DNA of 64,000 nt from Clostridium thermarum (GTDB taxonomy: Bacteria > Bacillota > Clostridia > Clostridiales > Clostridiaceae), in assembly GCF_006351925.1 (NCBI RefSeq), contig NZ_CP040924.1:2235860-2299859 (forward strand), given 5' to 3'. The translations under genes and the position numbers were made by a program. The first letter of the stretch is position 1; each line of letters begins with the position of its first letter. Shown one piece after another: positions 38,979 through 49,383 of this stretch. A model generated the notes under the pieces. The model made no database searches. It worked only from the letters and a program-made list of their open reading frames with translations, and was not told the DNA's origin.

Positions 38979-40475
38979 TTATTTATTTAATCCCAATATT
39001 TCTTCCACAACATCCTTCATATCTTCTTTCCTGCAAACCCTGTTATGAATCACAGGTCTTTTATTTATATCCTTCACAGCTGCCGGTACGGGGACCTTGC
39101 TGATCTGAGACATTATATCTATAAGACTAAACTCATCAACAGCCTTATATCTTTCATCTAAAGCCCCCATAACAGAGGTGTTAAATTTATATGGACTGGC
39201 TGTAGAAGCTATGACCACCTTAGTATCTATATCCTGTGTAAAGGACTGGTAGTCCTTATAGGCACTATAGCCCACTGCTGTATGGGTATCGATAAGATAC
39301 CTATCCCCTTCAAATACCTCTCTTATTGCCTGGAAGGTTTCCTCTTCAGAGGCATAGGCAGCAAACAAGTCCTTTAAACCAGCCTTCATGCTGTCACCAA
39401 TTTCATAATATCCTTCCACCTGTAATTTGTTCATAAAGTCCTTAACCACTTCTGAGTTTCCATCAGCAAGTATATAAAGAAGTCTTTCCAAGTTGCTGGA
39501 GATAAGAATGTCCATGGAAGGAGATGAAGTTAACACAAACTCCCTTCTCCTATCATATATGCCGGTTTTAATAAAATCATATAGAACCTTGTTCTCATTG
39601 GAAGCGCAAATTAATTTATTGATTGGAAGTCCCATGTTTTTAGCATAATATGCAGCTAAAATATTTCCAAAATTTCCCGTAGGCACAACTACATTGATAG
39701 GTTCTCCCAGCTTTATTTCTTCATTTCTCACCAGACTCATGTAGGCATAGAAGTAATAGGCTACCTGCGGCACAAGCCTACCGATATTAATTGAATTAGC
39801 AGAAGAGAACATGGAATTTTTGCTGAGCAGCTTCTTCTTAACCTCTTCATCATTAAAGATTGCCTTAACTCCGTTTTGTGCATCGTCAAAGTTGCCTTCA
39901 ATTCCAACTACAAAAGTATTGCTTCCCCTGTGGGTTCTCATCTGCAGCTTTTGTATTTCACTTACGCCCTTCTCCGGAAAGAATACGATGATTTTAATTC
40001 CATCCACATCCGAAAAACCTTCCAGAGCAGCCTTGCCCGTATCTCCGGAAGTGGCAGTAAGAATAACAACCTCCCTATTCATATTCTGCTTTTTTAAAGA
40101 GGTGGTGAGTAAATAGGGAAGTATAGATAGTGCCATATCTTTAAAAGCAATCGTTGGCCCATGAAATAGTTCCAGAAAATAAACTCCTGCTGCTTTTTTC
40201 AGCGGGGCTATCTCCTCATGATCAAATTTTTTATCATAAGCGCTGTTTATACAATACCGCAATTCCTCTTCACTAAAGTCTGTAAAAAATTCCCTCATAA
40301 CATTATAAGCAACTTCTTTATAATCCATTCCTACCATCAAATTCAAATTAATTCTGAGTTTTGGTATGGAATTTGGTACATACAGCCCTCCATCCGGTGC
40401 TATTCCGGATATTATGGCTTGACTGGCTGTTTTAAGTCCTTTGCTGCCCCTTGTACTCCTATATAACACTGACAT
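38979..40475 (-). CDS. thrC: threonine synthase (long form)
   Basis: Start MSVLYRSTRG with GGGGAG RBS; PLP-lysine region FKDMALS; about 498 aa. Confidence 0.85.
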   Translation of the reverse strand: MSVLYRSTRGSKGLKTASQAIISGIAPDGGLYVPNSIPKLRINLNLMVGMDYKEVAYNVMREFFTDFSEEELRYCINSAYDKKFDHEEIAPLKKAAGVYFLELFHGPTIAFKDMALSILPYLLTTSLKKQNMNREVVILTATSGDTGKAALEGFSDVDGIKIIVFFPEKGVSEIQKLQMRTHRGSNTFVVGIEGNFDDAQNGVKAIFNDEEVKKKLLSKNSMFSSANSINIGRLVPQVAYYFYAYMSLVRNEEIKLGEPINVVVPTGNFGNILAAYYAKNMGLPINKLICASNENKVLYDFIKTGIYDRRREFVLTSSPSMDILISSNLERLLYILADGNSEVVKDFMNKLQVEGYYEIGDSMKAGLKDLFAAYASEEETFQAIREVFEGDRYLIDTHTAVGYSAYKDYQSFTQDIDTKVVIASTASPYKFNTSVMGALDERYKAVDEFSLIDIMSQISKVPVPAAVKDINKRPVIHNRVCRKEDMKDVVEEILGLNK

Positions 40476-40479
40476 ATGA

Positions 40480-41688
40480 TCACTCCCCAATAAAATAATC
40501 CATCAATTTATAGCCCTCTTCAAATTTCAAACCGGATAATATGGCCCCGTCTTCGTCAAAGGAAAAAATGTTATTCTTTTCTTTCCTGCTGTCGTATATT
40601 ACAAATGGTACAGGGGCAGAAGTATGAGTTCTTAAAACTAATGGCGTCGGATGATCCGGAAGCACCATAATTTTATATTCTTCTCCCATCTTGTCCATTT
40701 CTGACCTTACATAGCCTGCTATCTTCTCATCAATTAATTCAATGGATTTGACCTTATTTTCCAGCTCATTTCTATGACCACATTCATCCGGTGCCTCTAT
40801 ATGAATATAAACAAAGTCATCACCGTTTTTTAATGCATCCACTGCCGCCCGAGCTTTTCCCTGATAGTTGGTATGCACGTTACCAGTAGCACCTTCTACC
40901 TCAACCACCTTTAGTCCTGCACATATACCTAAGCCCTTTATCAAATCTACCGCAGAAATTACCGTTCCCTCTAAACCGTACTTATCTTTAAATTTTGATA
41001 GCAGAGGCTTTTTCCCCTCTCCCCAAATCCAAATTGAGTTAGCAGGTTTTAGACCACGGCGCACTCTATCTAAATTAATAGGATGCTTTTCCAGAATGGA
41101 AACACTCTTTTCCATCATCTCAAGCAATACAGAACTATGTTTTCCTGCAGGCAGATATTGTTGGATTCTTCTTCCAATTATATCGTGAGGAGGAACAAGC
41201 TTGTAGCCCTGAGGTGCATTATGCCAAACCAGCAGATGTCTGTAGCTTATTCCGGCATGGAACTTCATATCCTGCAGCTCCAGCTCTGCTTTTAAGTCTT
41301 CAATAAGTACTGCAGCTTCAGCTGTTGTTATTTCATCCGAGCTGTGGTCTAACATTACCCTGTCTTTATAGCTTTCTCCTTCAGAAAGTGTAACTAGATT
41401 ACATCTGAAGGTAATATCTGTGTCTTCCAGCTTTACCCCCATACTGGCTGCTTCAAAGGGTGACCTGCCGCTGTAATATACCTCCGGGTCATAGCCCATC
41501 ACTGCAAGATTCGCAGTGTCACTTCCCGGAGGCATCCCCTTGGGTATAGTGCTAACCATACCAACTTCACCCTTTAGTGCAAAATAATCAAAATTATCTT
41601 TCTTAGCATACTGCATAGGTGTCTTGTTCCCTAACTCAGGCACCTTCAAGTCTGCCATGCCATCTGCAAGAATAACTATATACTTCAC
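40480..41688 (-). CDS. cofactor-independent phosphoglycerate-mutase-like protein (ApgM family), probable non-orthologous homoserine kinase
   Basis: GTG start 6 nt after AAGGGAGGG giving MKYIVILADGMAD (canonical ApgM N-terminus); metal-binding Asp/His motifs; sits between hom and thrC in the position of thrB. Confidence 0.75.
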   Translation of the reverse strand: MKYIVILADGMADLKVPELGNKTPMQYAKKDNFDYFALKGEVGMVSTIPKGMPPGSDTANLAVMGYDPEVYYSGRSPFEAASMGVKLEDTDITFRCNLVTLSEGESYKDRVMLDHSSDEITTAEAAVLIEDLKAELELQDMKFHAGISYRHLLVWHNAPQGYKLVPPHDIIGRRIQQYLPAGKHSSVLLEMMEKSVSILEKHPINLDRVRRGLKPANSIWIWGEGKKPLLSKFKDKYGLEGTVISAVDLIKGLGICAGLKVVEVEGATGNVHTNYQGKARAAVDALKNGDDFVYIHIEAPDECGHRNELENKVKSIELIDEKIAGYVRSEMDKMGEEYKIMVLPDHPTPLVLRTHTSAPVPFVIYDSRKEKNNIFSFDEDGAILSGLKFEEGYKLMDYFIGE

Positions 41689-41701
41689 GTAAGGCCCTCC
41701 C

Positions 41702-42988
41702 TTATATCTTCTCAACTCTTATGATGTTTTCCACCTTAACCACAGTAGATAGTTTTTTAACTTCCTCTATGGCATCACTTATATTTTTTTCTGTAGTCTG
41801 ATGAGTTATAAACACAAGAGGAACCTGCTCACCAGTCTTACCCTTTTGTATTACGCTGGCAAGACTCACATTATTCTTACCAAATATAGCTGCAATATCA
41901 CCAAGGGTACCAGGAGTGTCTAAAACTGTACATCTTATATAATACTCACAGACTGTATAATCCATACTTTGTACTCTCAGATTGGATAACTTATCTTTCT
42001 GTTCGGCAGGCACAATGTCATCAATACCATTTCTTAATACTGAAATAATATCCCCTACTACCGCACTTCCTGTAGGTAAATCTCCTGCCCCCCTGCCGTA
42101 AAGCATTAGGTCTCCCACTGCATTTCCCTTAATAAATATTGCATTAAAGGAGTCATTGACATTGGCAAGAGGATGATTTGCAGGTATCATTGCAGGATGC
42201 ACCCTAAGCTCAAGAACACCATTTCTTTCTTTTCCTATGGCCAAGAGCTTGATAACATAGCCGAACTCTCTGGCATATTGTATATCTACCGAGGAGATTG
42301 AGGTAATTCCTTCTCTGTAAATTGAATCCACATGAACTCTGCTCCCAAAGGATAAGGAGCCTAATATTGCTAACTTATACATTGCATCATAAGCCTCAAT
42401 GTCAGCTGTTGGATCTGCCTCAGCATACCCCTTTTCCTGGGCTTCCTTCAGAGCCTCCTCAAATTCCATGCCCTCCTGGGACATTTTTGTCAATATATAA
42501 TTGGTAGTTCCATTTATTATTCCTAATATTTCAACAATTTTATTTGCAGTTAAGCTCTCGCTGATACCATGAATTATGGGTATTCCACCGGCTACACTGG
42601 CCTCATAGTACAGCATTACCCCCTGAGCATAGGCTGCATCCAAAAGTTCGTTTCCATGGGTAGCAAGCACAAACTTGTTGGCAGTAACCACATGCTTATT
42701 GTGCCTTATGGCACTTAACATATATTCCTTTGCCGGTTCTACACCCCCCATAAGTTCCACGACGATCTTAATGCTGTCATCCATTAAAATCTCATTATAA
42801 TCCGTGGTGAGTATGTCTTCAGGAACTTCAACACACCTGGGCTTTTTTTTATCTCTAACAAGGATCTTCGCTACTTCTATATGGTAGCCTGACCTCTTTT
42901 TTATCTCCTTCTTATTGGTATTGAGAATCTTCCAAACACCGGTGCCCACATTGCCAAGACCCAAAATCGCAATTCTTACTTTTTCCAT
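41702..42988 (-). CDS. hom: homoserine dehydrogenase with C-terminal ACT domain
   Basis: N-terminal Rossmann GLGNVG, catalytic domain, C-terminal ACT; AGGGGG RBS. Confidence 0.9.
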   Translation of the reverse strand: MEKVRIAILGLGNVGTGVWKILNTNKKEIKKRSGYHIEVAKILVRDKKKPRCVEVPEDILTTDYNEILMDDSIKIVVELMGGVEPAKEYMLSAIRHNKHVVTANKFVLATHGNELLDAAYAQGVMLYYEASVAGGIPIIHGISESLTANKIVEILGIINGTTNYILTKMSQEGMEFEEALKEAQEKGYAEADPTADIEAYDAMYKLAILGSLSFGSRVHVDSIYREGITSISSVDIQYAREFGYVIKLLAIGKERNGVLELRVHPAMIPANHPLANVNDSFNAIFIKGNAVGDLMLYGRGAGDLPTGSAVVGDIISVLRNGIDDIVPAEQKDKLSNLRVQSMDYTVCEYYIRCTVLDTPGTLGDIAAIFGKNNVSLASVIQKGKTGEQVPLVFITHQTTEKNISDAIEEVKKLSTVVKVENIIRVEKI

Positions 42989-43288
42989 TTTTATAGCCCC
43001 CTAATTTCTTTTATTATCCTTGGACCAATAATATGGTCTGTATGTAGTAAAAAGCCAAGCATAAACTTGACTTATTAATCCTATCTGACAAAATGTGCAT
43101 ATTTATTCAAAACAATAATAGATTAACCCTGCTACTCAGCCATATATACTGTGAATTTTATCACACTTCTTCAGTTATTTCAATGAATTTTGATAAAATT
43201 GCAATATTGTAAGCGTTTCCTTTCATTTTTGGCAACAAATCTTAGGGCTCTCATGATAAATCTGCAATTTAAAGATAGAATTTTTAAT

Positions 43289-43318
43289 AAAAAAAGCACT
43301 AAGACCATAGCTTAGTGC
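43289..43318 (-). terminator. orphan intrinsic terminator on the minus strand (no annotated gene feeds it)
   Basis: Minus strand reads GCACTAAG-CTATGGT-CTTAGTGC followed by TTTTTTT. Confidence 0.45.
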
Positions 43319-43560
43319 AAAAGGGGAAAATATCTAAATCACCATAACAGAATTATTATAGTAAGTTAAATAGCAATTTTTACATTTTTCCTTATATTCG
43401 CCCCCTAACTATATTCTATTACAATTCTTATACTTATTCAATGATTTTTATAATAATTCAGAAAATTAATGTTAAATTTATGTTATTTTTTGTAATACAT
43501 GTCTCAAATTTATGATTTGTTAATAAAATGGAAATATAAATTTTGAAACGGGTGATTTGT

Positions 43561-45402
43561 ATGTGCGGAATAACAGGCTTTATCAACTTCAAAAAAGACA
43601 TAAGCTCTTATAAGTCTGCTCTTAAAAAAATGACCTCTACCTTATCCCTAAGAGGGCCAAATCAAGAGGGCTACTATATCAGTCAAAAGGCAATGCTGGG
43701 GCACCGCCGACTAATAGTAGTGGACCCAGACGGTGGTACTCAGCCTATGATAAAAACCATAGAAAATAATAAGTTTGTCTTAGTTTATAATGGTGAGCTT
43801 TATAATACAGATGAACTGCGCCGCAGTTTAAAACAATTAGGCTTTCAATTTAACTCCTACTCAGATACAGAAGTCCTATTGACAGCCTATATGGCCTGGG
43901 GGCCGGATTGTGTCAACTATATCAACGGTATATTTGCCTTTGGTGTCTTGGACGAAAGGCAGCAAAGTTTTTTTATGGCCAGAGATCATCTTGGAGTTAA
44001 GCCTTTGTTTTATACAATTGTGGATGATAACTTCATCTTTGGATCAGAATTAAAGGCCTTACTTGCTAACCCCTTGGCAGAACCCATAATAGATGAAAAA
44101 GGCATCTGTGAAATAATGGGTCTTGGACCAGCTCATTCTCAAGACAGTGGTGTATTTAAAAATGTATATCAGCTGCCCCCCGCCCATTGTCTTCTGTACA
44201 CCAGAGAAGGACCTAAGCTAAAGGAATACTGGAAACTCAAAAGCTCGGGCCATGTAGAATCCTTGGGGGAAACCGCAGAGCATGTCAGCAGTATCGTCTT
44301 GGACGCTATCCAAAGACAGCTGATATCTGATGTACCGGTATGCACCTTTCTGTCCGGGGGACTGGACTCTAGCATAATTTCTGCCGTTGCGGCATCAGAG
44401 TTTAGCAAGAGGGGTGAAACTCTTAAAACTTACTCCATCGATTACGAAGATAACAAAAAACATTTTAAGTCTACGGATTTCACTCCAACTACCGATGATG
44501 AATGGGTGGATATTATGTCTGCTTATATTGGCAGCAAGCATCATAGGGTAGTTCTTAACAACAAGATGCTGGTCCAAAGTCTTGAAGATGCAGTTGAAGC
44601 CAATGATATGCCCGGAATGGCTGACATTGACTCTTCATTACTCTTGTTCTGCCGAGAGGTAGCTAAGGATAATGTGGTGGCCTTATCAGGCGAATGTGCT
44701 GATGAGGTTTTTGGGGGCTATCCCTGGTATACGAGACCAGAGTTAAAAAGTTTAAACACTTTCCCTTGGTCAAATGCAGTTAAGGAAAGAAAAGCCCTCC
44801 TATCTCCTGAGCTAAGTCACATAGATTTGGAAGGTTACGTAAACCAGCAATATAGTGAGGCCTTAAAGCAGGTTCCCCTAAGCGGAAGGGAAACCCCAGG
44901 TCAAATAGCCTCAAAGAACATGTTTTATCTTAACATTAAGTGGTTTATGACTACCCTGCTTACAAGAAAAGATAGGATGAGCATGACCAATAGTCTTGAA
45001 GTGAGGGTACCCTTTGCAGATTATAGAATTGTGGAATATGCATACAATATTCCCGATGAATATAAACTCCTGAAAGGCCGTGAAAAAGGACTCCTTCGAG
45101 AGGCTCTCAAAGGTCTGTTGCCGGAAGAAATTCTTTGGAGGAAAAAAAGTCCATACCCTAAGACCTTTCATCCCGATTACACGGAAGGTGTTCAAAAATG
45201 GATGAGAGAAATTCTTCAGGATAGTACTTCACCAATGCTAAAAATTATAAACAAGACAAAGCTTGAGGACATTACGGAATCTGCCGGTCAATCCTTTGGT
45301 AAACCATGGTTTGGTCAGTTGATGAATGGACCTCAACTCATCGCTTATCTTATTCAACTAGATCTATGGCTGAGAAAATATAAAGTTAAAATAGAGATCT
45401 AA
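43561..45402 (+). CDS. asnB: asparagine synthetase (glutamine-hydrolysing)
   Basis: Starts MCGITG (Cys2 Ntn amidotransferase), PP-loop SGGLDSS; 613 aa. Confidence 0.9.
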   Translation: MCGITGFINFKKDISSYKSALKKMTSTLSLRGPNQEGYYISQKAMLGHRRLIVVDPDGGTQPMIKTIENNKFVLVYNGELYNTDELRRSLKQLGFQFNSYSDTEVLLTAYMAWGPDCVNYINGIFAFGVLDERQQSFFMARDHLGVKPLFYTIVDDNFIFGSELKALLANPLAEPIIDEKGICEIMGLGPAHSQDSGVFKNVYQLPPAHCLLYTREGPKLKEYWKLKSSGHVESLGETAEHVSSIVLDAIQRQLISDVPVCTFLSGGLDSSIISAVAASEFSKRGETLKTYSIDYEDNKKHFKSTDFTPTTDDEWVDIMSAYIGSKHHRVVLNNKMLVQSLEDAVEANDMPGMADIDSSLLLFCREVAKDNVVALSGECADEVFGGYPWYTRPELKSLNTFPWSNAVKERKALLSPELSHIDLEGYVNQQYSEALKQVPLSGRETPGQIASKNMFYLNIKWFMTTLLTRKDRMSMTNSLEVRVPFADYRIVEYAYNIPDEYKLLKGREKGLLREALKGLLPEEILWRKKSPYPKTFHPDYTEGVQKWMREILQDSTSPMLKIINKTKLEDITESAGQSFGKPWFGQLMNGPQLIAYLIQLDLWLRKYKVKIEI

Positions 45403-45598
45403 ATTAAGCCCTTGTAGGCAGTATCATATTAAGAGCACCTTATCTTTATAAAGAGTTGAAGGCAAAACCGCCTATCAGCTCTTTATTGATGAAGAATTAA
45501 ATTATTGTGCCAATTCATATTAAGTTCCTCTGCTATATGCTATAATATACCATAGAAATACTATAAAGATCACGCTATTACAACAAGGTGGTGAAAGC

Positions 45599-47527
45599 AT
45601 GAAAGAAATGTCAGCAGATATGCATTATTCCAGCGCTAAAAAACTAGGTATAAGAGAATATAATAGAAGTGCCTCCAAGGGCCAAAGTGGCCACCTTCCA
45701 TCTTTAGAGGGCATACTTAAAAATACTGAAATTGTTTCAGAAGTAGAACTTGGAATAGTAGAAATTCCATTAAAAAAAATTGTAGGAACATATACTATTC
45801 TAAGAAGCCGATCATTTGCAAAGAATTTTATGCCCCTTCTTCCGGAGGATACGGAATTTTATCAAAAGTGGAAATCACTATGTGAAGCCCATCTTAACGA
45901 AGGTATAAAACATTCTATCAAAGTATATGAATACCTTAATTGGTTTTATGTAGTTGAAGGAAATAAAAGAGTAAGCGTGCTGAAATATTTTGATGCCCAT
46001 TCCATCTTTGGCAGCGTCACAAGGCTGATACCAAAGATGGACGAAAATGATCCTGACATATGTATTTATTATGAGTTTTTGAAATTCAATAAGATTACAA
46101 AAATCTTTTCCATATATTTCTCTAAACCAGAAAGCTTTGATAGACTTTTGAAGAAATTGGATAATTATAATCCTGCGCTGTCACCTGTAGAAAATAAGTA
46201 TACACATTTTGAAATTTATGTATATAAACCCTTCAGAGAATTATATAAAGATCTAGGAGGAGATAAGCTGCCCTTAACCACAGGAGATGCCCTTTTAGAA
46301 TTTATAAAAATTTATGGCATACCGGAAGAGATTGACGATAAAACTATTTTGTCTAAAATGAAGGCCTTAATGACTGAGCTTGAGTACAAAAACAAAAATC
46401 CAGAAATTGATATACAGACAGATCCAGTAAAAGTGTCTTCGCCTGGAGTTATCTCTACCCTGACTTCCTTAGTCCTACCAAGAAAGAAGACATTAAAAGC
46501 GGCCTTTGTATATTCAAGAACCATTGAAACTTCTGGCTGGTCCTATGCACATGATATAGGCCGAAAATATGTTGAGAAAGTTCTGGATGGTCAAGTAGAA
46601 ACTTCTTTCGTGGAAAACGTACCTTCAGAAGGCGATAAAGCATATAATATTTTGCAGGGATTAGCTGATGCAGGTAATGACTTGATTTTTACAACAAGCC
46701 CTATCTTTAAGAAGGTAACACTTAAATGTGCTATGAATAATCCTCTTGTGAAATTTTTCAATTGTTCCGAATATCAGCCCTACCTTCATGTGGGAAATTA
46801 TTTTGGAAGAACCTATGAACCAAGATTTTTGACAGGTATAATAGCAGGTGCAATGACAAAAAGTAATGTAATAGGTTATGTTGCTTCCAGTCCTGCCCAT
46901 GAGGTAATAAGCTCCATTAATGCCTTTACAATAGGTGCAAGGTTAGTTAATCCCTATGCCAAGGTAAAGGTAAGCTGGACAAATGAGTGGAGTAATCCAA
47001 ATAAATCTTTACAAGCTTGTGAAAGCTTGGTTAATAGCGGAGTAGATATGATTTCAAATCAAAATCTGTTGACTCCACACCCAATCACTAAGCAGTATGG
47101 TATTTACTCTATGCTGTCCAGTATTGACAGTAAAACCGGTTTGCCGGATAAGTATCTGGCAGCACCCATATGGAATTGGGGAATATTCTATGAAAAAATT
47201 ATTAGAAGTGTTTTAAGTGATACCGCAGGCACCCTAAATGACATCTTCGGCAATGACTATAAGATGATCAATTTTTGGTGGGGCATAGCATCCGGTGTTC
47301 TTGATATTTACTATTCCCAGGATCTTGTACCGGATGAAACTCAAAAACTAGTTAATGTAATGAGAAAGATGATAGTCAGCGGTGTATTTCATCCCTTTAC
47401 CGGGCCTATCTGTGATAATGAGGGAACCTTGATAATCGAAAAAGATGAGATACCTGCTCACCAGCAAATTTTGTCCATGAATTGGTTTGCAGAAGGTGTT
47501 GATGCTGTAACTGCCAGTAATAAATAA
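45599..47527 (+). CDS. two-domain protein: N-terminal ParB/Srx-like domain plus C-terminal BMP-family (PnrA-like nucleoside-binding) domain, no signal peptide
   Basis: N-terminal IPLKKIVGTY...VYEYLNWFYVVEGNKRVSVLKYF parallels the ParB N-domain block; C-terminal half matches BMP/Med-type periplasmic-binding fold. No leader peptide or lipobox. Confidence 0.55.
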   Translation: MKEMSADMHYSSAKKLGIREYNRSASKGQSGHLPSLEGILKNTEIVSEVELGIVEIPLKKIVGTYTILRSRSFAKNFMPLLPEDTEFYQKWKSLCEAHLNEGIKHSIKVYEYLNWFYVVEGNKRVSVLKYFDAHSIFGSVTRLIPKMDENDPDICIYYEFLKFNKITKIFSIYFSKPESFDRLLKKLDNYNPALSPVENKYTHFEIYVYKPFRELYKDLGGDKLPLTTGDALLEFIKIYGIPEEIDDKTILSKMKALMTELEYKNKNPEIDIQTDPVKVSSPGVISTLTSLVLPRKKTLKAAFVYSRTIETSGWSYAHDIGRKYVEKVLDGQVETSFVENVPSEGDKAYNILQGLADAGNDLIFTTSPIFKKVTLKCAMNNPLVKFFNCSEYQPYLHVGNYFGRTYEPRFLTGIIAGAMTKSNVIGYVASSPAHEVISSINAFTIGARLVNPYAKVKVSWTNEWSNPNKSLQACESLVNSGVDMISNQNLLTPHPITKQYGIYSMLSSIDSKTGLPDKYLAAPIWNWGIFYEKIIRSVLSDTAGTLNDIFGNDYKMINFWWGIASGVLDIYYSQDLVPDETQKLVNVMRKMIVSGVFHPFTGPICDNEGTLIIEKDEIPAHQQILSMNWFAEGVDAVTASNK

Positions 47528-47617
47528 ATTATTATAATAACCTCTTTCATATACGGGAATACTTAGTCTATAACAATATATTTGTTCATAGTTTTTAAGG
47601 TATATGGAGGCGATGTA

Positions 47618-48517
47618 ATGGTTGTTAATATGATTGGAGTTCCTCTATTCTTAGGAAGTGACCGAAAGGGTGTCGAATTAGGGCCTAATGATTTGAGAGC
47701 TCATGATATAGAAAAGATTATTGAAAAATATAATCACACCGTCTATGACCTGGGAAATATTTATGTAAAAAATGTGAACGAGAGCCAGAAATTTGCTTTC
47801 CACAAGAAGATGAAATATGTAAATGAAATTGTTGATGTGGCTAACAATCTTGCACAAGCTGTATATTGTTCACTTAAAGGCGGAGCCTTTCCTTTTGTGG
47901 TTGGCGGAGACCATTCCTTGGGACTAGGCAGCGTGGCAGGAGCAGGCAAGTACTTTCATGAACTTGGAGTGGTCTGGGTCGATGCACATGGTGATATTAA
48001 CACCCATGAAACTACTTTAACGGGTAATGTTCACGGTATGCCTCTTTCTGCCGCCATGGGCTTTGGCTTTGACAAGCTTGTTGATCTCTATTACGAAGGC
48101 CCAAAGGTCAAAATGGAGAATGTTTTTATCATCGGAGCCAGAGATTTAGATGTGGATGAGCTGAAGTTCATAGAAAAGACCAACCTAAATGTATGGACTA
48201 CAGATTATATTAAGAAAAATGGCGTGGAGAATACTTTACTGGAGGTTATACAAAAGCTCAAAGAAAGAAACCTGAGAAGTCTCCACTTGAGCTTTGATAT
48301 AGATGTACTGGATAAAGCCCTGGTACCGGGTACCGGAACCCCCGTTGATAAGGGCCTAACAGTTGAAGAGTCCAAAGCCATATTAAAATGCATCATTGGC
48401 ACAAATCTTGTTAAATCAATGGATATAGTAGAACTCAACTCCACTCTTGATGTAGACGGCCTAACCTTGAAAACAACCTTAGATCTTATTGACTACTGTT
48501 TTTCAATATTGAAATGA
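47618..48517 (+). CDS. rocF: arginase/agmatinase-family ureohydrolase
   Basis: Mn-binding motifs GGDHS, DAHGD, SFDIDVLD; start MVVNMIGVP with GGAGG RBS. Confidence 0.85.
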   Translation: MVVNMIGVPLFLGSDRKGVELGPNDLRAHDIEKIIEKYNHTVYDLGNIYVKNVNESQKFAFHKKMKYVNEIVDVANNLAQAVYCSLKGGAFPFVVGGDHSLGLGSVAGAGKYFHELGVVWVDAHGDINTHETTLTGNVHGMPLSAAMGFGFDKLVDLYYEGPKVKMENVFIIGARDLDVDELKFIEKTNLNVWTTDYIKKNGVENTLLEVIQKLKERNLRSLHLSFDIDVLDKALVPGTGTPVDKGLTVEESKAILKCIIGTNLVKSMDIVELNSTLDVDGLTLKTTLDLIDYCFSILK

Positions 48518-48600
48518 CACCTAATAGATGTACAATTAACATTTTGCAATATATATAGGTGCTGTTGCTAATTTAAAACAAAGTGCAAAGTAACTTATTT

Positions 48601-48646
48601 GTGACAAGTTAAGAGTGACAAGTGACTAACTTGTCTCTTGTCACTC
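48601..48646. terminator. bidirectional stem-loop between convergent arginase and phosphoesterase genes
   Basis: GAGTGACAAG-TGACTAACTTGTCT-CTTGTCACTC (10-bp perfect stem) with an extra upstream GTGACAAGTT copy. Confidence 0.5.
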
Positions 48647-48647
48647 A

Positions 48648-49241
48648 TCATTTATACTCCAATATATAATGATCATAAGCATTAATCACCGTGGTCCCTT
48701 CGTACTTCTTTATTCTCTCAGGTTGATAGCCATAGCTTAAGTGCTGGTGTCCATGAATGAAATATTGAGGTTTATACTTTTTAATCAACTCATTAAAGCA
48801 TGCAAATCCCCGGTGGCATAAGTCTTCACCATCTCCTACCCCTAGCAGAGGAGCATGGGTGACTACAATATCAACACCTTTGTTCAACCAAAGCTTAAAT
48901 TTTAACTTTTTAACTCTTCTTTTCATCTGCTTCTCAGTATATTGAAAGTGTCCCAGATTATAGCGCTGGCTGCCACCAAGTCCTAAAATTCGTATTCCCT
49001 TAAAAACAACCATGCGGCCATCTATACATTCACAGCCTTCCGGAGGATTCTTAAGGTACTTGTCGTCATGATTTCCCGGTATGTAAAACAAGGGGGCTTT
49101 TATCATGGTAACTAGAAAAGATAGGTACTCAGCTTTTACATCTCCGCAAGATATTATCAGGTCCACATCTTTAAACTTTTCAGGCTGAAAATAATCCCAT
49201 ATATAAGTTGATTCCGTATCTGCCACAAACATTATTTTCAA
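48648..49241 (-). CDS. metallophosphoesterase (YfcE/MJ0936-like)
   Basis: Phosphoesterase motifs D..D..GD...GNHD...GH.H in 197 aa. Confidence 0.75.
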   Translation of the reverse strand: MKIMFVADTESTYIWDYFQPEKFKDVDLIISCGDVKAEYLSFLVTMIKAPLFYIPGNHDDKYLKNPPEGCECIDGRMVVFKGIRILGLGGSQRYNLGHFQYTEKQMKRRVKKLKFKLWLNKGVDIVVTHAPLLGVGDGEDLCHRGFACFNELIKKYKPQYFIHGHQHLSYGYQPERIKKYEGTTVINAYDHYILEYK

Positions 49242-49383
49242 ACCTCATCCCACCTTTTCTATCTAGCTTTGTTTATAAAAATCTAATCCTCGGTATATAA
49301 GACAATTATATCACAAAAAAAATAAGACACAAAGAATCTAATCTTTGTATCTTATTACTGATAAAAAATCTATTTTTAGTCTT

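Noticed and set aside
43020-43560. A T-box riboswitch upstream of asnB, expected by analogy with the Asn T-box nearby
   Set aside because: No AGGGUGGNACCGCG consensus or Stem-I GA motif is present on either strand.
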